Source: Asterias rubens
Taxonomy: Eukaryota
Length of the DNA: 64,000 nt
Reading direction: 5' to 3'
Assembly: GCF_902459465.1 (NCBI RefSeq)
Contig: NC_047075.1
Location: 7,192,001-7,256,000, forward strand
Position numbers and translations under genes: made by a program. The stretch's first letter is position 1; each line of letters opens with the position of its first letter. The notes below the pieces were generated by a model, which was not told the origin of the DNA, made no database searches, and was given only the letters and a program-made list of their open reading frames with translations. Below are positions 36,401 through 49,897 of the stretch, in pieces.

Positions 36401-38381
36401 TTGTATGCCTACATGTCATCATGAAGGAAGGTTCTTCCTCCATGATGTGACATGGAAGTGTGGCTAGTAGCCATATTCTGGTTAGCGTTAAGTTTAGCTT
36501 TTTTTTGCGCTTTAGCAGATAACATTATTTTAATACAGGACTACAGTTAACTTGTTTTGTCTCATACGTACACAATAAGCAAACAAACCTCTCTATAAAC
36601 ATTTTATAGGAAATACACATACAATTTTGAATGTCAAGGAACATAAAAGTGATCACCAACCATTATACGCTGTTAAAAACCATGTTGACCTTTGTTTTTG
36701 TTTGAGTTTAATGTTGCCAATAAGGACCCCCTCATGTCGACAAATTGCTTTGGGAGTTAGATTATGAGCAAGACACGTTTTGTTTGCATACTGTTTCCTA
36801 CGCTTTACGCACATTTTGTAATTAAGGTTTAAAGGGTATACGTTAAATCACTCAAATTAATGGCAATAAAAACCTTTGGTCAGAAGCATTACACAACTTT
36901 CGATAGTTGAAAGCAGTTTTTAGAAACATTTTACTTCAAAGTTATGCGGTATTATTTCCCCAAGTTTGACTACGCGAGAAGCGTTTCATCGTATCGTTAC
37001 GCTTCTCAGAGAGAGTGAGTACTCCTATACCGTTATTCTGCATGCGTGGAAAAATTCACTTCGGCAAAACGCCACCAGATATACTTATTCAGATGTTAGT
37101 TTTAGTGTGTACATCTACGATTGTATTAACAATCGAGTCACGTTTCCAAAAAACAAAAGGAAAACTTTGCCTTTTTAAAAGACGCGGGTATTGTCGTCTA
37201 AATTAAATTAATTTTGTGTGGAGATGTAGTGTGTGAACAGGTCCACCTGTTCATTTTGCCTATAGGTCATTCCCCGACATAGTGACTGTACCATGTTATA
37301 TCCAAGCTCATTATACAAATCAACACAAAAACATCCCTTGTTCCAAATTACACCAACAATAGAATAACATCCTTTAGGTATGTAGTCTTTATACCAGACA
37401 CCAAGACTGTGTTTCACAACTATTGATTATTAAACAGGCCCTCAGACCAATATTGTCCCGGTTGTGACGTCTCTGTTTATGCGTCCAGCGTAAAACGCCC
37501 CAGGCAAACTGTAAACTTGCGTGTTCTTCGATTTTTGTACCACCTTGTTTGATTTGCAGAGCAGCGTTGACGATTATTCGCTGATTGGAAGTGGGTAATA
37601 ACACATTCATCTATGAAATGTTGAGGGTAGAGGAACTGTTTTAGAATTCTCAGCCGGTGGAACCCTTTTAAATAAAGGTAAGTTATGTTATGCTATGTTT
37701 TAATGGCACTGAACAAGTTTGGTAATTACAAAAGTAGTATCAAAACTTACTTGGTAACGAGGAATGGGCTAGCTGTTGATAGTATTTAAAACATTGGCAG
37801 AAAGGTTCCCTCTGATGTAGCGTAGTGTTTGGAGAAAGAAGTAATTTCCCACTCAGATATTTGCTGAAGCGTTTCTGAAGCCTTTCTCAGACAACTCTAA
37901 GACAACTTTGTGCAACAATTAAGGGTGTTTTTCTTTCATAGTTATCTCGCAACTCCGACGACCAATCGAGCTCAAATTTTTCAAAGGTTTGTTATTTTAT
38001 GCATATGTTGAGATGCACCAAATGATAATACTGGTTTTGGTCAATTACCAAACGTGTCCATTGCCTTTAGGGAAGTACAGTGGCTTTCGATAGTATAAAG
38101 CATTCTGATGCTCATTTCGCTTCTAAGTAAAGTGGATAGGTTTATGGACAAATATACCAGTTTGTCTCCCAAGATTTGAATCTTAGAAGCGCTACTGTAA
38201 TTTTATTTTTACTTTTTAGATTGTGTATTCCGTGGTAGGTCTAATGATTAGTTTTCCTGAGTGGTCATACAATTAATCGATCCGGATTAAAAGCAATATC
38301 TCAAAAACGCGACCACCCATTTTTAATGAAATTGCCACAAATACGTTGAATTGTATACATACATTTATGTAGGATTAAAAC

Positions 38382-38768
38382 AATGTGTGAGGTAAGAAAC
38401 TACCACTAGACACTACACATAGCTTAAACTACTTGAAATGTGTGAGGTAAGAAACTACCACTAGACACTACACATAGCTTAAACTACTTGAAATGTGTGA
38501 GGTAAGAAACTACCACTAGACACTACACATAGCTTAAACTACTTGAAATGTGTGAGGTAAGAAACTACCACTAGACACTACACATAGCTTAAACTACTTG
38601 AAATGTGTGAGGTAAGAAACTACCACTAGACACTACACATAGCTTAAACTACTTGAAATGTGTGAGGTAAGAAACTACCACTAGACACTACACATAGCTT
38701 AAACTACTTGAAATGTGTGAGGTAAGAAACTACCACTAGACACTACACATAGCTTAAACTACTTGAAA
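38382..38768. repeat. 55-bp perfect tandem repeat, 7 copies
   Basis: AATGTGTGAGGTAAGAAAC... occurs at 38382, 38437 ... 38712. Confidence 0.97.
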
Positions 38769-39543
38769 AGTAGACAACCAATTAAACAAGTTTTAGAAGA
38801 CCAACCGTCGGCGTTAATCTGTTTTCGTTAATCAGTTGACAATAAGTATAATGACGTCATTTGTTTAACTCTATATACCACGAATTAAAACGAGAAAATC
38901 ATCCTGCAGATGTAATTAAGTTGCTGTCCTTTTACGTTCACTGTTAACTAGAAAATAATAAGGTTTTATACAATCATGTAATCTGTTGTTCCACAGATAG
39001 AACTGTATTGTTTTTTTTAATTACTTATAGTCTACACACAACACAGATGTAGATTTCGCCTTTTACGTCACTCATATACACCAGACGACATTCTAGAAGA
39101 CTCTTTGAAGCAGTAATTAAAGGGAATCGATGAAGTACGGACAATAAATTGAGTTATATTGTTTTCATTGTGTTTAGTATGTGCTCAATCTGAAACGATA
39201 GTTGCGGAATAAATGAGTTTTGGAATGAAATGTTCTACTCAGTAGATTTGCTCTTCTATAATTAATTGCAAGGCCTTAATGTTCTCGAAATAATGGTTCA
39301 CGTATTGGGGTTTTCTGATCAGTTTGATATTTTGTTTATCTGCCCGTTTTTTTTTTAGTTTTTTTTTTTTACGTTTGTGCTGCTTTTTAAAACTTGTGCG
39401 TGCAATGCAATTTCTTCTTTTTCGAGATCAAATAAAACTTTCTTAGATACCTCGCTGTCTTAGTTTGAGATGTAATCTTAGAATTTCCTTCTAATATTTT
39501 CTGGGAAATTTTGACACAGATTCCGGGCCATGACCCAAAAGAA

Positions 39544-39738
39544 GATCTGGCTTTTCCAAACTTGGAATCCGGATCAATTCTGATCTGGCTTTCCAAACTT
39601 GGAATCCGGCTCAATTCTGATCTGGCTTTTTCAAACCTTGAGTTCGGCACAATTCTGATCTGGCTTTTTCAAACTTGGAATTCGGCACAACTCTGATCTG
39701 GCTTTTCCAAACCTGGAATCTGGATCAATTCTGATCTG
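39544..39738. repeat. About 38-bp imperfect tandem repeat, 5 copies
   Basis: GATCTG(GC) occurs at 39544, 39582, 39619, 39657, 39695 and 39733. Confidence 0.9.
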
Positions 39739-39792
39739 TTATGACACTTTTAGGAAGTTTTTTTAATGCATGTTTTATATTGGGTCAGTTAA

Positions 39793-40172
39793 AGACAGTG
39801 TACACTATTGGTAATTGTCAAAGACCAGTCTTCTCACTTAATGTATCTCAACGCATAAAAATACAAACCTGTGAGAACTTGAGCTCAATTATTGGTCTTC
39901 GAAGTTGCGAGATAATAATGAAAGAAAAAAAAACATTTGTCACACGAAGTTGTGTGCTTTCATATATGCTTGATTTCGAGACCTCAAATTCTAAATCTGA
40001 GTTCTCGAAATCAAATTCGTCGAAAATTACTCCGTTCACGAAAACTGCGTCACTTCAGAGGGAGTCGCTTCTCACACTGTTTTATAACATCAAATTCTCC
40101 TCATTACTCAATACCTAGTACGGTTTTATGCAAATAATTATTTTGAGTAATTACCAATAGTGTCCACTTCCT
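39793..40172. mobile_element. Kolobok-like MITE, same orientation as 575
   Basis: TTAA flanks (39789-92, 40173-76) and family TIRs. Confidence 0.8.
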
Positions 40173-40654
40173 TTAAAGTGTGATGGTTTTAGACGAACGG
40201 TTGTCCGCCTGCTTTAAAGGCAATTTTTTTGTCCCATTTTGTTTTCAATCAAATCAAATGAAGATTTCAAAAGGTTGTTCAGATTCAAATTTCGTGACTT
40301 AAAAACTATTATCTTGTATAAAAAACAAATTACGCATTAAGTGAAGTATTTCTTAAGATTGTTATACTATCAAAAGCTGCTGATGTAGGTTTCTAACTAA
40401 AGGTTCCTTAGCATAAATTTTAAAAATGATTGTCAATTGTATACATTCCTTTCAAGCGTTTTTCAATTAAGAAAACTTCGTACATCAATTTTATGGAAGT
40501 TAGCATCGGGGATAAGGAATATTAATTTTGGTTTTACCTTTTATATTCAATATATGTGAAAGTAATAATCCATGTTTTAATTACTAGTTAATTATATTTA
40601 AATTATAGCACTAATCTGTCCAGTTTATAACCAATTGTTCTTTGCAAGGTCGCT

Positions 40655-40801
40655 ATGGCGTTTGATGAAGGACTGAGTCCCGATGCGATCCGACAACTAT
40701 TCTGTGTTTGTGACCTCAATGGAAATGGCTATATTGAACGCAGTGAATTGGCGTCGGTTTGTAACGATCTGGATTCAGAAGAGCTTAGTAAAGTTTTCCA
40801 G
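40655..40801 (+). CDS. RASEF: RASEF EF-hand module A, exon A1 (MAFDEG...DLNGNGYIERSEL...KVFQ)
   Basis: EF loop DLNGNGYIERSE; acceptor ctttgcaag| at 40648 (exon begins 40649); donor CAG|gtaagg, phase 0. Confidence 0.85.
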
Positions 40802-41429
40802 GTAAGGGAACTGAAACAATGGAAAGTAATGCATGCGTGAATTATTAGTGAAACTTTTTATAGGAAACAATTTTGCAACTATCGATTTTTCTCGCAACGC
40901 TCCATCGGCGACAATCGAAAACGTAAAACACGAAAAAAATGAAGAACCTAGCAACATAGGCCTAACTCTTAACTCTAAATGTAATAGATGTTAAATTTAC
41001 ATCGGGGATAAATAATATTAGTTTAATACTTTTGGTTTTACCCCTCCACTAGTTTAAAGTGTTGTGGTTTTTGTTAGCTAACATAATAATATGATTGCAG
41101 TTCGAAATTCTTCAGTAAAACAAAAACAAAATCAATTTACAGTTAAAACACCTGGACCAAAGAATCTGAAGGTTACTTTTTCAAAAATGTGACGTTAAGT
41201 TGGCTTTTTATGCAATTAATAAACCAATAATTCAATAATTTGTAGATTATCCTTCAATCAACATCTGAATGGCCACCAGTCTTTGTGTCATTGAGAATAG
41301 TTTCTAATCCTTTGCGTAAATTTTCAAAGTTTTGTCATCTAAAAACTCCCGGTAAAAATGACCCGGATAATAGTATAAACAAACAAATTATAAAAATTAA
41401 AGGCTTCAACAAATCATCAGCATCATTAA

Positions 41430-41791
41430 AGGCAGTAAACACTATTGGTAATTACTCAAAATAATTATTAGCATAAAACCTTACTTGGTAACGAGAAATT
41501 AGAGAGGTTGATAGAATAAAACATTTTGAGAAACGGCTCCCTCTGAAGTAACGTAGTTTTCGAGAAAGAAGTAATTTTCCACGAATTTGATTTCGAGACC
41601 TCAGATTTAGAATTTGAGGTCTCGAAATCAAGCATCTGAAAGCACACAAATTCGTGTGACAAGGGTGTTTTTTCTTTCATTATTATCTCGCAACTTCGAC
41701 GACCGATTGAACTCAAATTTTCACAGGTTTGTTATTTATACACCAATTGAGAAGACTGGTCTTTGACAATTACCAGTAGTGTCCAGTGTCT
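41430..41791. mobile_element. Kolobok-like MITE, inverted relative to 39793
   Basis: TTAA followed by AGGCAGTAAACACTATTGGTAATTACTC; the body is the reverse complement of the 39793 copy. Confidence 0.8.
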
Positions 41792-41906
41792 TTTGCAAAC
41801 ACCGAATGTGAACACGTCGTTTTGCATAAAATTAGGGCTCATATGTTTCGGTAAAGAAAAAGAAAAGAAAAAGGGAAAACAAATATTTCTAATTGTTTGT
41901 TTGCAG

Positions 41907-42094
41907 GCCCTCGATTTGGATGGCGATGGACGGATCAGCATGCGTGATTTCTCTGCAGGTTTTCATAGTGTTGGGAGTACACTACTGGCTCTAAGTCGAC
42001 GTAGGCGGCGTCAACAGCTTCTAGAAAGTGCCCAAACTCAAGAACTCGAGACCTTTCTGGAAAAGCTTGACAGCGACTTCGACTTATTCTCAAG
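41907..42094 (+). CDS. RASEF: RASEF EF-hand module A, exon A2 (ALDLDGDGRISMRDFSAGF...LETFLEKLDSDFDLFS)
   Basis: ttgtttgtttgcag| ... AG|gtaaac, 188 nt, phase 0-2; EF loop DLDGDGRISMRD. Confidence 0.88.
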
Positions 42095-42837
42095 GTAAAC
42101 AAATCTTCATCAGACTTAACTTATATTGGATTTGATGCATCACATGGTGAAGTATCAATTAAAATATACTCCACTGTAGTAGAATATAAAGCAAGACAGT
42201 TCTCTGAAGAACAGCATCATACCCAGCAAGTACACAATCACACACATGGTGTTATTTTACTGCAAACAAAACTTCTAGACTTATTTAATTATCAAATTAA
42301 TTTGAAAACTTATTGGTTTTTTGTCAACACTGACATGGAATTGCCAGACCACCTCAATGCACGTAACACTAAATAATAGTGTGAAACGTCTAGCCTAGAC
42401 ACTACTTTTCAAGTCTCAAGTGCTGTCTCTCCCGATGTTGTTTTATATCTCGTAAAACCCAACTCCCTTGCAATAATTGAACACTGTCACCCCCATCCTG
42501 GATGTTATCAACGTGTAAATAGCAGACTCCGGTTGCGCAGTGATATTATTGTAGGCTTATTGACTTTTCCGACATATCAGTAAATATTGACATTCACAGC
42601 CCGTTCATTTCATTATGCAGATTCCAATACAGTATTTGTAATTATGATATGATCCCCCTATAATAAGTGAACGATTTCACTGGTATCTCTGCCTTAAAGT
42701 GTACAAATGTGGACTTCGCTGGTTTACTTTCTCCTGTGTGGTTGATCAAAAATTGCTTGTTGTAAATTAAATTCACCTATTTGGTTTGGAGTCAATTAAC
42801 CAGAGGATTTTGGGAAGTGGATATTTTGAAAGTAAGA

Positions 42838-42941
42838 ATGGCTTCAAGTGATGATGAAGTGGTTGGGATTTGTGAACTTTTTGAGGAGAAACAGGACGAT
42901 GTTTCGGACACCGAAACAGTAACAGAAGAAATTGAAAATGA
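42838..42941 (+). CDS. Candidate alternative RASEF exon, acidic (MASSDDEVVGICELFEEKQDDVSDTETVTEEIEN)
   Basis: aagaATGG start context and perfect donor GA|gtaagt in phase 2, compatible with exon B and exon C. Not in the supplied ORF track because it is short. Confidence 0.5.
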
Positions 42942-45900
42942 GTAAGTAATTACATTCAATCATTTATATGGCAATTGGAGAAATCAGGTCAACTCAAGAG
43001 AGATATTATTTTACGAAAACAAAGAAGAAGTACTGCTGAATATCAGGGAGAGCCTTTGCTCAAATATTTTCATCTACTTGGGAAAGAAGAATGTTTGGTG
43101 CACTCAATTTAAAAAAAAAACAAAAAAAAAAACAGTACACCTAAGAGGTGATAGAACCGATCCAGTTTATACAACTTCTACTCTCTTATCTAAAATGTAA
43201 GTTTCACAACTGCATAATTAAATATGAAACAGTTTTAAATGGGTATGGTGTAATTTTACAAATAAGCTCTACACCGTTTACTCGATTTTACCTACCCCTT
43301 TTTTGTGGGGTTAACATAAACTAAAAACACCATCAGCAAAACGTGGCCATTACTATTATAAAAAAAAAGAATTTAATGTATTAAAATTCACTATTATTAT
43401 TGAATCAGCTGTAGATTGTGTACATGGTTCGGTGACTATACCAAGATTATTAATCCGCTTAGTTTGACAAGGGTTTCGGAGCAGACAAACTCCTGTTTAT
43501 ACATCACTGGTTTATAAGGTCACAATAGGGGGTCAAGTAAACTAGAACCAAAAACTGGGATCACAGACTGGGATCCCTAAAATGGAACCACAACTTGGAA
43601 CCGCAGGAATCGCAAACTCGGATCTCAGACTTGAACCATAAATCTCAAACTTGGACTTCAATCTCGAAGTACATTTTGGAATCGCAAACTGGTATCACAA
43701 ACGGAGAACTCGACCTAAATTAGGACCCCAGACTGGGATCCCAGACTGACTATACACAACCTTGACCCACAAACAGAAACCCATAACTTTGGCATAACAT
43801 TGAACAATTAACAAACTGTGATCTCAAACTATGCACAACTACCCGGCCGTTTAACATTCACCAGCCACAAAAAAATTCGTCTTTCTTTACTTTGAGCACG
43901 TTTCTCTTATATTTATGGCCATGGTTTGAACTGTTCATGCCGTACGGTGCTAGCAATAAACTCACAGTTCATGCCGTTCGGTGCTAGCAATAAACTCACA
44001 GTTCTATGTCAACTTAATATTCATATGCAAAGTACAATGATAGACAGTAAACAATTCTTACATGGAAACGACCAAGGATCCTTTAGTGGTGACCGTGCTT
44101 ACATTTCACACCATAAGGTTGATTCACGTGCAGATTCTAACCTTGACTCAAGAGTGAGCTATTCTTCCTTGAGTTTGGCAAAGAATAAAAGCTTTAAAGG
44201 GATGTATCCGTTTTGGTAATTACTCAAAACAGTTGTTAGCATAAAAACTTACTTGGTAATGAGCAATGGAGAGATGCTGTTGATAGTATAAAACATTATG
44301 AGAAACGGCTCCCTCTGAAGTAACTTAATTTTTGAGAAAGAGGAAAAATAGTTATAGAACCTAAGACCTGAAAGCACATAGTTTTTTCCCTTTAATTTGA
44401 TGCATTATTTTCTTGCAACTTCGATGACCAATTGAGCCAATATTTTCAAATGTTTGTTACTTTACGCATTATGTTTGAACACACTAAGTGAGAATAATGG
44501 TCTTTGACTATATTACCAGCGTGTCAAGTGCCCTAAAAACTAATGGTATCACAATATTTGGTTAGAAACCCAACAGCAGCGTTTGATGGTGTAAAGAATT
44601 TTCACTCGTAGAAATGTGGTAATTTAAAAAGATAATTGTGTTTAGTTGTTGTGCCAAAAATATGAGTGGGAGAAGCGTTACTGCGTAACGCTCTCTCAGA
44701 TTGTTTCTTCCTAATAAGGGATTATTCTTCTTCATGAATGGACATCATCGCTCCGGCGTTTCGGCGATATCTCAAAAAAGCGCCCACCTTTTGAAATAAA
44801 AAATTAACATTCTAATAAAAAGTATCTTTTACTGTAACAGTAAAAGATACTTCTTTTTTTTCCATTTAGACCCCGAGGTCAATGAATGTACTGCCAAAGT
44901 TACCCCGGAGTTTGGGGCATTAAAAAACTTAAAAATATAAACTTTCAACACACCATACAACCTACCATAGAAGTGTAATTATGATTGGGGGTTTTGTTTT
45001 CTCCGAATTTGTAGGTGTTTTGGACCAGATCTGTATAGACAGACAGTGTAGTGTTGCCGAAACCAGCTACGCAATACACTGACGGCATTTAGCATCAAGT
45101 TATTAGATTTGTATCTAACGTAACTTAGCACATGAAGTTACACAAATCTGTAAAATACATTTATTGATTACCTATCTATATAGGCACCGACCGTTTATGA
45201 CGCGATTTTCCTATATTTAAAGGTCACCAATTTGTCCATTTTATGGGCACGAGTTTTTTTCTTTTCTCGATGTTAAACCTCACGTGTCTGTTGTTTTATT
45301 ACAGGTATATAAGTAAATAATATGCACATTTTATAGCTCAACCTATGCGTTTCAGAAGTAAAATAATGTATATTGAACAGTAATGAGATATAGCGCATTG
45401 GCTGGTAACCATTATTCTGGTAAGCACAATATGTAAATGCTTAGCTCCTTGTTATGCTGATGCAGCTAATGACACTATATACGAGTTATGTTCTTGATAC
45501 TGATTTCGTGCTTTAGCTGTTTTCAATATTAGTGGCTGCGTCTCCGGATGTGGCTTGATCGTCAAGTGACCATGCGTTAAATAACAGGATGGCGAAACAG
45601 ACGTAGCCGTTCGGGCCCAAATTTGTGTTAATGAATTTTAAACACTGCAATTATAAACTTTACTGTCACATGTAGATTGCATACGAAATCTCATTTTAAA
45701 GGAACGAAATAATTGTTTCGAGTGACGAAATAAGATTTCGAGATGAAAAAATGATAACATTTAAATATAATTTTAATTTGTTTTGTGCCTTCTCAATAAT
45801 TAGGATTTGAAACTTTGCATGGGGGAAATACGATGTAGTAAGGTTTGCGGTAACACCATGTAATGATAATCTCGAAATGAGTTGGGTGGTTCTGAAAATA

Positions 45901-46554
45901 ACCATTGGTTTCAACATAGAGCAAGGGTTTCAACTCGACGTTTCGAACCAGTATACTCCGATTATCTTCTTCTCAATAATTATTTTACTTGTCCCTTTAG
46001 AGGCTCCGTACCATTGAGATTTATTTTACTTGTCCCTTTAGAGGCTCAGTACATTGAGATTTATTTTCCATGCGATTCGTGTTATCTAGGAGCGCCATAT
46101 GGTTGGATACCAGAGCGTGGGTTTATTCAAATTGAAGGCCAAACTCAACACAGCACCAGCATGCCAGCACAAAATACACAACCTTTCTCGAATACAGTTC
46201 ATCCAGTTTAGTTATGCATACTTATGCAAATTAGTCGGCAACAGGTGTGCGCGTTTAGTTTTTGGTTTAGTTTTCATGAACAATACATCTTGATGCTGCA
46301 CTGTTTGGATGTGTTTTTTCATACTCGTGTTAGCGCTTATCAGTAAAGTGTACACGGAATAAAACCGGATTATTGGTGTATGTTTAGTGTTCGGCAGTTT
46401 GTTTTTGTGTCAGCTATTACTGTGATACTTTACGGATACATTATAACTTGAGGATAAAACCTTCGATGACTGAGATTTAGTTACGGAAATATCACTTGGA
46501 GAGTAGTGTTTAAACGAAACCAGGTTGGTCTACTTTCAAGCTCGCTCTACTTTC

Positions 46555-46737
46555 AAGATCACTGTTGGTGTTTTGCATGTAACTGTCATCGTGAACAGAG
46601 TATTTTGAAACATATTTCGGTCTGCAAACACGCCTTGTGATATTCAGATCACTGTTGGTGTTTTGCATGTAACTGTCATCGTGAACAGAGTATTTTGAAA
46701 CATATTTCGGTCTGCAAACACGCCTTGTGATATTCAC
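46555..46737. repeat. 90-bp perfect direct duplication
   Basis: AGATCACTGTTGGTG... occurs at 46556 and 46646. Confidence 0.95.
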
Positions 46738-46882
46738 CAAGTTAATTGGACTTGTACGAAAGGTTTTGGAAATTTCGCAAAGTCGGTCAACTACAACAAG
46801 AAATAGCGTCAACACTAGTTTTAGAACTGCTTTAACTTTGCAATACTCGTACCATGTGAATTAGTTATACTGACAATTCTAG

Positions 46883-47218
46883 AACAATGGAGCGGTTAGA
46901 TGAGGCGAGAATACAACAACTATTTGCGGCTTGTGATTTGAACAACAGTGGATGTATCGAGTATGATGACTTGAAAGAACTATGTGCCGATTTGGCCATT
47001 AGAGAAAACGAACTTATTGATGTATTTCGTGAGCTAGATATCAATGGAGATGGAAAAATCACAATCTCCGAGTTTACGGAAGGATTTCAGAGTGTGGAGA
47101 CACTTTTTATGCGGTCTAAAACGGAGCAAGCACGGCGGAAGAGTCAGCCACTGAATGCTCAGATATCGTGGGAGGCTTTCTCAGGGCAGCTTGCAGGGTC
47201 TCAATCCCTTATGCCATG
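46883..47218 (+). CDS. RASEF: RASEF EF-hand module B, single exon (TMERLDEARIQQLFAACDLNNSGCIE...DINGDGKITISEF...WEAFSGQL...)
   Basis: Two EF loops, close to human LRSVFAACDANRSG...LDADRDGAITFQEF...WQDFQARL. tactgacaattctag| ... TG|gtagga, 336 nt, phase 2-2, with an internal ATG at 46887. Confidence 0.9.
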
Positions 47219-49564
47219 GTAGGATTGATTTATTTCTCAAGTTTTATTTATATGTAGAAGATTGATTTGGTATATTAGGAGCCACCTTAAACAGTATTCC
47301 TCAAAACAAAGTTCTTCTTAATGGCCTTAAACAATTAAATGTAAAGTCAAAAGTTGAACTCATCGGATAATTTAAAGGAATATAATTGCCATAAATTTAA
47401 AAAGTAATTTCCAAACGTAAACCTTCTCTTTAAAAAGCGTCTCAGAACAAAATGTTTCTTATTTGTCTTCAAAAATGGCATCCCTGGTGTCAACGAATAT
47501 GATAAAACACTTATCATCAATATAAAAATATCATAATCTTAAACAGCCGTTGTGCTGATGTTTGTATCATGTGTGAAATATCTTGAAATCAATTATTATA
47601 TACAAATTTTGATGGAAGACCAAACCCCATCCTAACTACTCGATGTGTTGCACACCTTAATTTAGTAAACTCATAAACCTGCGTTTGAAAACCATGTATA
47701 GGCCAGTATATTGACAAATATACCGGGTTATCAAACTGATGTAGGTTCTTTGGGAGGCCCTGGCATGATCAGTAAACCTTATCGGTCAAGTTTAATAGAC
47801 CATCGGGCAAACCAAATTTATACCAGTAGAAAAAATACAAGCGATGGATTTAAAGAATTTCGAGGACCTTTAATTTATTTTGAAAATTCAGTTTGTTATA
47901 AAATTCAAAACAGTACCGGTGAAATACTTTTTGAAATACTGCAGTAAAGTCAGTCACTTTCTCAATCATTATTGGTTTATTCTTTAAAAACAAATTTCCC
48001 ATGGCGACCAGAGGTCGAATTAAAATATACAGAGATTTAACAAAAAATTGAAGAAAAATACACTATTACAAAAGTCATGAAAAAAAAGCATTTCGATATC
48101 ATGCGTTTGATAATATAAATCGCCGCTAGCGAAATAAGTCAGACATTATTTACAAAACTTAAATTAGATGTCATCGTTTTTTTTATTTTTATTTTATGTC
48201 TTGCAACGTTAACGTGATGGATAATAAGAATATGTTTAGGTTCTAGAAGACGGTAAACCCGGATCTGATTGAAACTTCGAGCAGAAACCAGCTCTTCTCA
48301 GAGCCACCACTTCTCACAAAATAAATTTGACATGGGGTCACCGCAAACCTTCTTTCTTATAATAGGGTTGCTTGTCTAACAATAACTACATGAATACATT
48401 AATTAAATTACACCTAAAAACAACAACCAACCAAACAAATAAATAATCGCACAAACACCCGGGCAAACAACCAAACCGAAACACTGAAACAAACAAATTT
48501 GCACATGTACAAATTTAACAAAATGGTGGTCAATATTTGTAGACTGTTTGTGATGTCCATCACATGGTAACAATGAGTGATGATTGAGTAGATGAGATAA
48601 GGTTTCAAGCATCAATTGTCCTTATCTACATTATTGTCACTCAAACTGTGTTTCTAGGCTAGAAGATAGTGTGTACTTGTTGCACAATGATGGACCATAG
48701 CTGACACTTCACGGAGGCAACTGCCCTCTTGCCCCTGGTCATTGCCTCGGAAGCAACTACCGCTGTTGCCCCTGGCCATTGCCTTGGTGCTAACCCACAA
48801 TTAGAAGTGGTTAGTTTTCTACTTCAATCACACCACTTCTTAATCCATCTTTATGTTGAATCGCTTCTGCTTGAGCTGTCCTGTCATCTTTTCTCTAATG
48901 AATTCGTTGTATTATCTGTCTGATATTAACATGTATGTATGTTTGTTTTGTTTGTTTGTATGTCTGCCTGTTTTTTCCCAAGCTTCGTCTTATTAAAACA
49001 GAAAGTTAAGAATTGCTTTAAAACAGAAAAATAAGATAAAATGCTCAATATTTTTGTCCGACCTATTTTTTTTTTCAATCTTTTTGAGCTGAAACGAATA
49101 CTACGTGGTAAAGTAAACAAGAATTGTTTTCTTGACGCTGATATTTTCAAGATCCCCTTGAAACTTGACTTTGTGAATTGCCGATTTATTTGTTCGAGAA
49201 GGAACTGGGGTAGCCATGGTAGACCTACTTATTACGTATGAACCCTTAAAATATGCCCCACTTATAAATCATCTATCACTGTCCTTTGTCCTGAAGGGTG
49301 TGATTTTAAGTGTTTGAATACTAGCACAGTTGGCTAATGTGTTAATTGTAATCGATTTGTTTAGTTGTTGTGCGTTGTAAGCAATAATTACATAAAATGA
49401 ACTAATTGGTTGGCTCCTGTTTATTGCCTGATTGTGGTGCGATGAATTCAAATTAAAGCTTGTCGAGTTTATCTAACACACCTGGAAAGTTCCCATGCTA
49501 TGAAAACCCGTATCTGATTCGGACATGTCACACTCATTTGTAATCATCCCTAGAACTAATTTCA

Positions 49565-49897
49565 GAGAGGTTTGCGGCATAGTACCATTCAAAATCTATT
49601 ATGAGTTGTGTTGGTTCTCAAAATAACAAGTGGTTGACAACACAATGTTTCGATCAGTATGCTCTGATCGTCTTCAGGAGAATGCTGGACTCTGTCACTG
49701 GATGGTGCTTAAGAAGTCTGCAATGGAAATCAACTGGTTAGTTGGGTTTGGCTGAGGCAAGAGATTCAGTCATTATCCTGAAGACGATCAGAGTCTCAGA
49801 GACTTCTTATCGAAACGTTGAGTCGTTAACCACTTTTATTTTGCAGAACCAACATCACTCAAAAGAGATTTTCACATGGTGGTACCACAAACCTCTT
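49565..49897. mobile_element. Palindromic element with Penelope-like terminal motifs (copy 2)
   Basis: Same arms as 19341; CTGAAGA-CGAT...ATC-GAAAC is present on both strands. Confidence 0.55.
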
